From Pirellulaceae bacterium (GTDB taxonomy: Bacteria; Planctomycetota; Planctomycetia; Pirellulales; Pirellulaceae), in the NCBI GenBank assembly GCA_041752775.1, contig JBGSVU010000821.1:1-30211 (forward strand): DNA of 30,211 nucleotides. Reading direction: 5' to 3'. A program made the translations under genes and the position numbers. Below the pieces are notes generated by a model. It was not told where the DNA came from and made no database searches. It saw only the letters and a program-made list of their open reading frames with translations. Positions within the stretch are counted from its first letter, which is position 1, and each line of letters begins with the position of its first letter. Positions 26,938 through 30,211 of the stretch are shown in pieces.

Positions 26938-29900
26938 TCATTCTTCATTCTCTCCCAGCTCGAGGAACGCCATGGAGGCGCTGATCAACGAGTCTGTCGA
27001 GAGACCATCCCAAGTCAAATTCAGTTTCTTTCCTCCTGCATCCTTGATCGCCTTTTTCCAGTTCACGCCATCGCCTTTGAGCGACATGAACAATTGCTGA
27101 CAACTGAAATCAACCGGTTTGCCATCGACGGAGTATTCAAAATGGGTCATTCCGTCGTCGTGGTAAACAAAAACGAACGGTGGACTGGCCCAGCCAAGCC
27201 AAGGCGAACTGGCCTCGTAAGGTTCGACCAGGAACTGGTACCTAAAGCCGGTGGGAATGCCCGTCAATTCAAACCGACCTCCCTTGTCCGTCCGGGTGTT
27301 GGCCACCACACTGGACGACGGTGGCATGTCCTGGCCAATCAATGAAACCCGAACGCCATCCATTCGCTCGCCGTCCTGACCCATCACCAGGCCATTGACC
27401 TTCGCGGCCGGAACCATCACAAAATTGACCACTTTCGATTTGCCTGGCAGAAACAGGTCGTCAATTGTTTTTCCACCCCAGTCGATTTCATCCGGTATTT
27501 CCAGTGCCGCGATGCAGTCGCCCTGACGATGCAGGTTCGTCTCGGTGAAGCCGTCCATCGAGACCGAAATCGTCGCGGCCTGAATCAGCTTCGGCGATCC
27601 GTGACCGCCGGGCCCGAAATTGAAACCGTAACGGCCATTTTCGTCGGTTGTTCCCGAACCTGTTTTGAACAGGGTTCCAAAGCCACAATGCGCGTTGATT
27701 GTCACGCCGGCCAGCGGTTTGCCTTCGGCGTCAGTCACAGTGCCCGACACGCTCCACGGTTTGCCTTTGTCAGCAGCGTCTGTCTGTTTTTCTTCAGATT
27801 GACCTGATTGTTGGGGTGACCGAATCCCGGCGATCGAGTCCTCAACTTGCTTCTTGTAATCACGCCACAAGTCCGAGGCATTTGCGGGCGCGACCAGAAA
27901 CGCTTCGCCGAGGACCGTCGGGCCCAAACCGAATGTCATTTTCTGTGCCGGACGTTCCGACTCCATCAGTTTTTTCGCTCCGGCTTCATCCAGAAAAACC
28001 AGCTGGATGGTCGTTGCATCTTTTTTGAGGTTGGTCGGCACATGGCTGAGAAAAATCGCCCCAAAACCGGTCGACAGTTTCCATTCTGCAGGAAGTTTGG
28101 GCAACAGGTCGGCAACCACGCGTTGCAGCGGCGGCAATTCGCCAGGGGCAAGATTCACCTTGATGCGATTGGAATCCTGCCACAAGGCCTGCATCGCCCA
28201 TTCGCCTCCTTCGGCGAAAATGAAGTAGTCTTTTTCCTCTGCCAACAGGAACAGTTCGGTGGCATCGACATTCTCCCAAAGCAGGTGCGACTCGCCGGGC
28301 TGAAGCGTCATTTTTTCCCCTACCGTTTGCGGCGTCATGCCAATGAACGGTGCGGCCCTGGAAAAATCACTGTTTTCAACCCGCAAAACGCGAAACGCTG
28401 CATATTGCTGGGGATCAATGCTGGCTGGCTTCTCACCAAAATTTTTGACTTCCAGTTTGAACAGCAAAGGCTGGCCAATAGCTGGCTTCTCCGTCAACAA
28501 TGTCAAGCGGGAACGAAGTCCACTGTCAAATGCCAGAGTCCCCCAGCCTTCAGCATCGGCTGGTTTGCCTGCGGCTTCTCCCTGTTGTTCCACAGGTTGC
28601 ACCACAATCACAGGAGGGTCGGCTGGCGGCAGCAACGAACCCGGAATCAGGGACTCCATCTCCCTTTTCGAACGTTCTTCGGGTGTTAACCCATCAATTC
28701 GCACTGGTCCGGAACTTTCAGGAATCCTGAGGGAAGGCGGTTGCAGTTCTTGCGGCGCCCCCGGTACTTTCTCGTCCTTTTCAAAGACCAGTTCTTCGAG
28801 AGTTTTTCCCGATTCAGCGACGGCTTCATCGGCCAGGCGGTCCAGTTCGTAGCGCCACATCATTTTCATGCGAACGAATGGCGTTCCGTCATTTTCTCCC
28901 CGCTGGATTTCGTAGCGGATGCCGCGGTGGGGCGGATCCTTTTCATCCTTCGGGGCGCCTGTTTCGGGGTTCATCACAGCCTGCACTGGTGGGTTGGGAT
29001 ACTCCGGACTCGGCTCAATTCGGCGAGTCCTCATCGTCATGGCGACCTCGCCGGATTCCTCACGGCAATTGACAACCAGTTGTTCCGCACCGCCGTCAGG
29101 CGAGGCCCAAGCACGGATTACGCCTCCAGCATCGATCATTTCCAGGCGACCGTTGGTAATGACGACCGTCGTCGATTGATTGTCCGTGGTGATCTCCACA
29201 TGGTCGCCGCTGAATTCGGCCCGCATTTCAGAGCCTTCGGGCAGACCGAAATTGATTTCGGAGGCCTCGATGGAATTGGCAATCACATTGTTGACCCCAA
29301 CCACCGAAACAATCGACTCCATGTTGGTCACGCTGATGCCGGACCGGAATTTGGAAAGGTCGTAGTCAACTGCCGTGAAATGGCGAACCAGTTCCGTCGC
29401 CGAGCGGCCATGTCCAAAGGCTTCGATGGCCACCCGGGTTATCCGCTCGTTGTCCTTGCCAACGGTCCGGAATTTCAGTTCATTGGATCCGCCCTGTCCC
29501 CGTTCGGCCTGGTCGTTTAATGTTGAAGCAGTGCCTGCCGGCGGCTCCAATTTTTCGCCAGTCGTCAGCGCATGATACTGGTAAACGGGTTTTTGGGTTT
29601 TTGAATCAACCGCGTACAACTCGACGGCCAACACCTGATCGCCAGCGGGTTGGTCCAGCTGCACAATCGAGACCGTTTTCCACATCGGCATGGTTTTGCT
29701 CCAGCCGACATTCCAGATCGTTTTCCCGTTTCTCAGATCGACGGCGACGATGTCGAACATCAGCGTTTCGTAGACCTTGATCCCGACATGTTCGACGCCT
29801 TCATCGACAGGCACCTGGGCACCGTTCATTTCAACCCAACCGGTCGATTTGCGTGAACCATCGGGATAGCTATGCGAAACCAGCACCGTGACCCCGTCCC

Positions 29901-30210
29901 GGTCCTGCCGCGGTGGCGTGTCGTCATGACCCGACGATGTCACGGTCATTTCTCCCGGATCCTGATCAGAACGAGCCGCTTCCATCGCTGCTTTGGCATT
30001 TGCGTCGGCCTCCTTCAGATGCTCCGGGGTGGCCATGAAAACAAAGCTGCCCGTTGCGGCTTCAAACCACAAACCTTCGCCGTTCTCTCCGCGAACCTGC
30101 TGAGTCCAGTTGGCCCCGAGCAAGCCAAAGTCGGAGTTGGCATCGTCCAGTACCAAGGCGTTGACAGGGCCAAATGCCGGCCCGACACCGAGATCGACCT
30201 TTTCGATCCG
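26938..30210 (-). CDS. Large multidomain protein, 5' end outside the window, with two carboxypeptidase-regulatory-like beta-sandwich domains near the C-terminus
   Basis: Frame is open from the window end (RIEKVDLGVGPAFGPVNALVLDD...) to the stop at 26938, so 30156 is not the true start. Contains WSVSGTVTDAEGKPLAGVTI...GSGTTDENGRYGF and VNGLVMGQDGERMDGVRV...TRTDKGGRFELTGIP. Confidence 0.75.
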   Translation of the reverse strand, partial: RIEKVDLGVGPAFGPVNALVLDDANSDFGLLGANWTQQVRGENGEGLWFEAATGSFVFMATPEHLKEADANAKAAMEAARSDQDPGEMTVTSSGHDDTPPRQDRDGVTVLVSHSYPDGSRKSTGWVEMNGAQVPVDEGVEHVGIKVYETLMFDIVAVDLRNGKTIWNVGWSKTMPMWKTVSIVQLDQPAGDQVLAVELYAVDSKTQKPVYQYHALTTGEKLEPPAGTASTLNDQAERGQGGSNELKFRTVGKDNERITRVAIEAFGHGRSATELVRHFTAVDYDLSKFRSGISVTNMESIVSVVGVNNVIANSIEASEINFGLPEGSEMRAEFSGDHVEITTDNQSTTVVITNGRLEMIDAGGVIRAWASPDGGAEQLVVNCREESGEVAMTMRTRRIEPSPEYPNPPVQAVMNPETGAPKDEKDPPHRGIRYEIQRGENDGTPFVRMKMMWRYELDRLADEAVAESGKTLEELVFEKDEKVPGAPQELQPPSLRIPESSGPVRIDGLTPEERSKREMESLIPGSLLPPADPPVIVVQPVEQQGEAAGKPADAEGWGTLAFDSGLRSRLTLLTEKPAIGQPLLFKLEVKNFGEKPASIDPQQYAAFRVLRVENSDFSRAAPFIGMTPQTVGEKMTLQPGESHLLWENVDATELFLLAEEKDYFIFAEGGEWAMQALWQDSNRIKVNLAPGELPPLQRVVADLLPKLPAEWKLSTGFGAIFLSHVPTNLKKDATTIQLVFLDEAGAKKLMESERPAQKMTFGLGPTVLGEAFLVAPANASDLWRDYKKQVEDSIAGIRSPQQSGQSEEKQTDAADKGKPWSVSGTVTDAEGKPLAGVTINAHCGFGTLFKTGSGTTDENGRYGFNFGPGGHGSPKLIQAATISVSMDGFTETNLHRQGDCIAALEIPDEIDWGGKTIDDLFLPGKSKVVNFVMVPAAKVNGLVMGQDGERMDGVRVSLIGQDMPPSSSVVANTRTDKGGRFELTGIPTGFRYQFLVEPYEASSPWLGWASPPFVFVYHDDGMTHFEYSVDGKPVDFSCQQLFMSLKGDGVNWKKAIKDAGGKKLNLTWDGLSTDSLISASMAFLELGENEE

Positions 30211-30211
30211 C

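Noticed and set aside
21299-30211. Genomic island at the right end
   Set aside because: The genes look accessory, but there is no integrase, transposase, tRNA or flanking direct repeat, and I cannot measure a composition shift reliably by eye.

Overview
GC-rich (roughly 60% by eye) bacterial window, most likely a planctomycete (inferred from gene content and protein styles, not from a marker gene). It holds about 19 real CDSs; most other ORFs in the supplied track are shadow ORFs. Left end (minus strand): a C-terminally truncated secondary SecA ATPase, a tandem-GAF membrane-fusion (HlyD-type) protein, and a PqqD/RRE-like + site-2 protease (M50) + membrane-fusion protein that runs off the window and is missing from the ORF track. 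Together these look like a non-canonical export and processing module. Middle: housekeeping genes (7Fe ferredoxin, EamA transporter, HNH nuclease, leuB, metH), a degenerate ParA/MinD-like protein and hypotheticals. Right end: FAD oxidoreductase, DUF1697, PLP decarboxylase, 3-methyladenine glycosylase, DUF1579, a secreted transglutaminase-like protein and a large partial multidomain protein. The main non-coding signal is three copies of a REP-doublet (REPIN-like) element with a conserved 25-bp arm. One is a minimal 64-bp form and two are 127-128-bp forms with the same loop14-connector-loop14-connector-loop14 layout. A 13-bp tandem repeat also places stop codons in all three frames behind one gene. 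No rRNA, tRNA, CRISPR array, transposase or integrase was seen.
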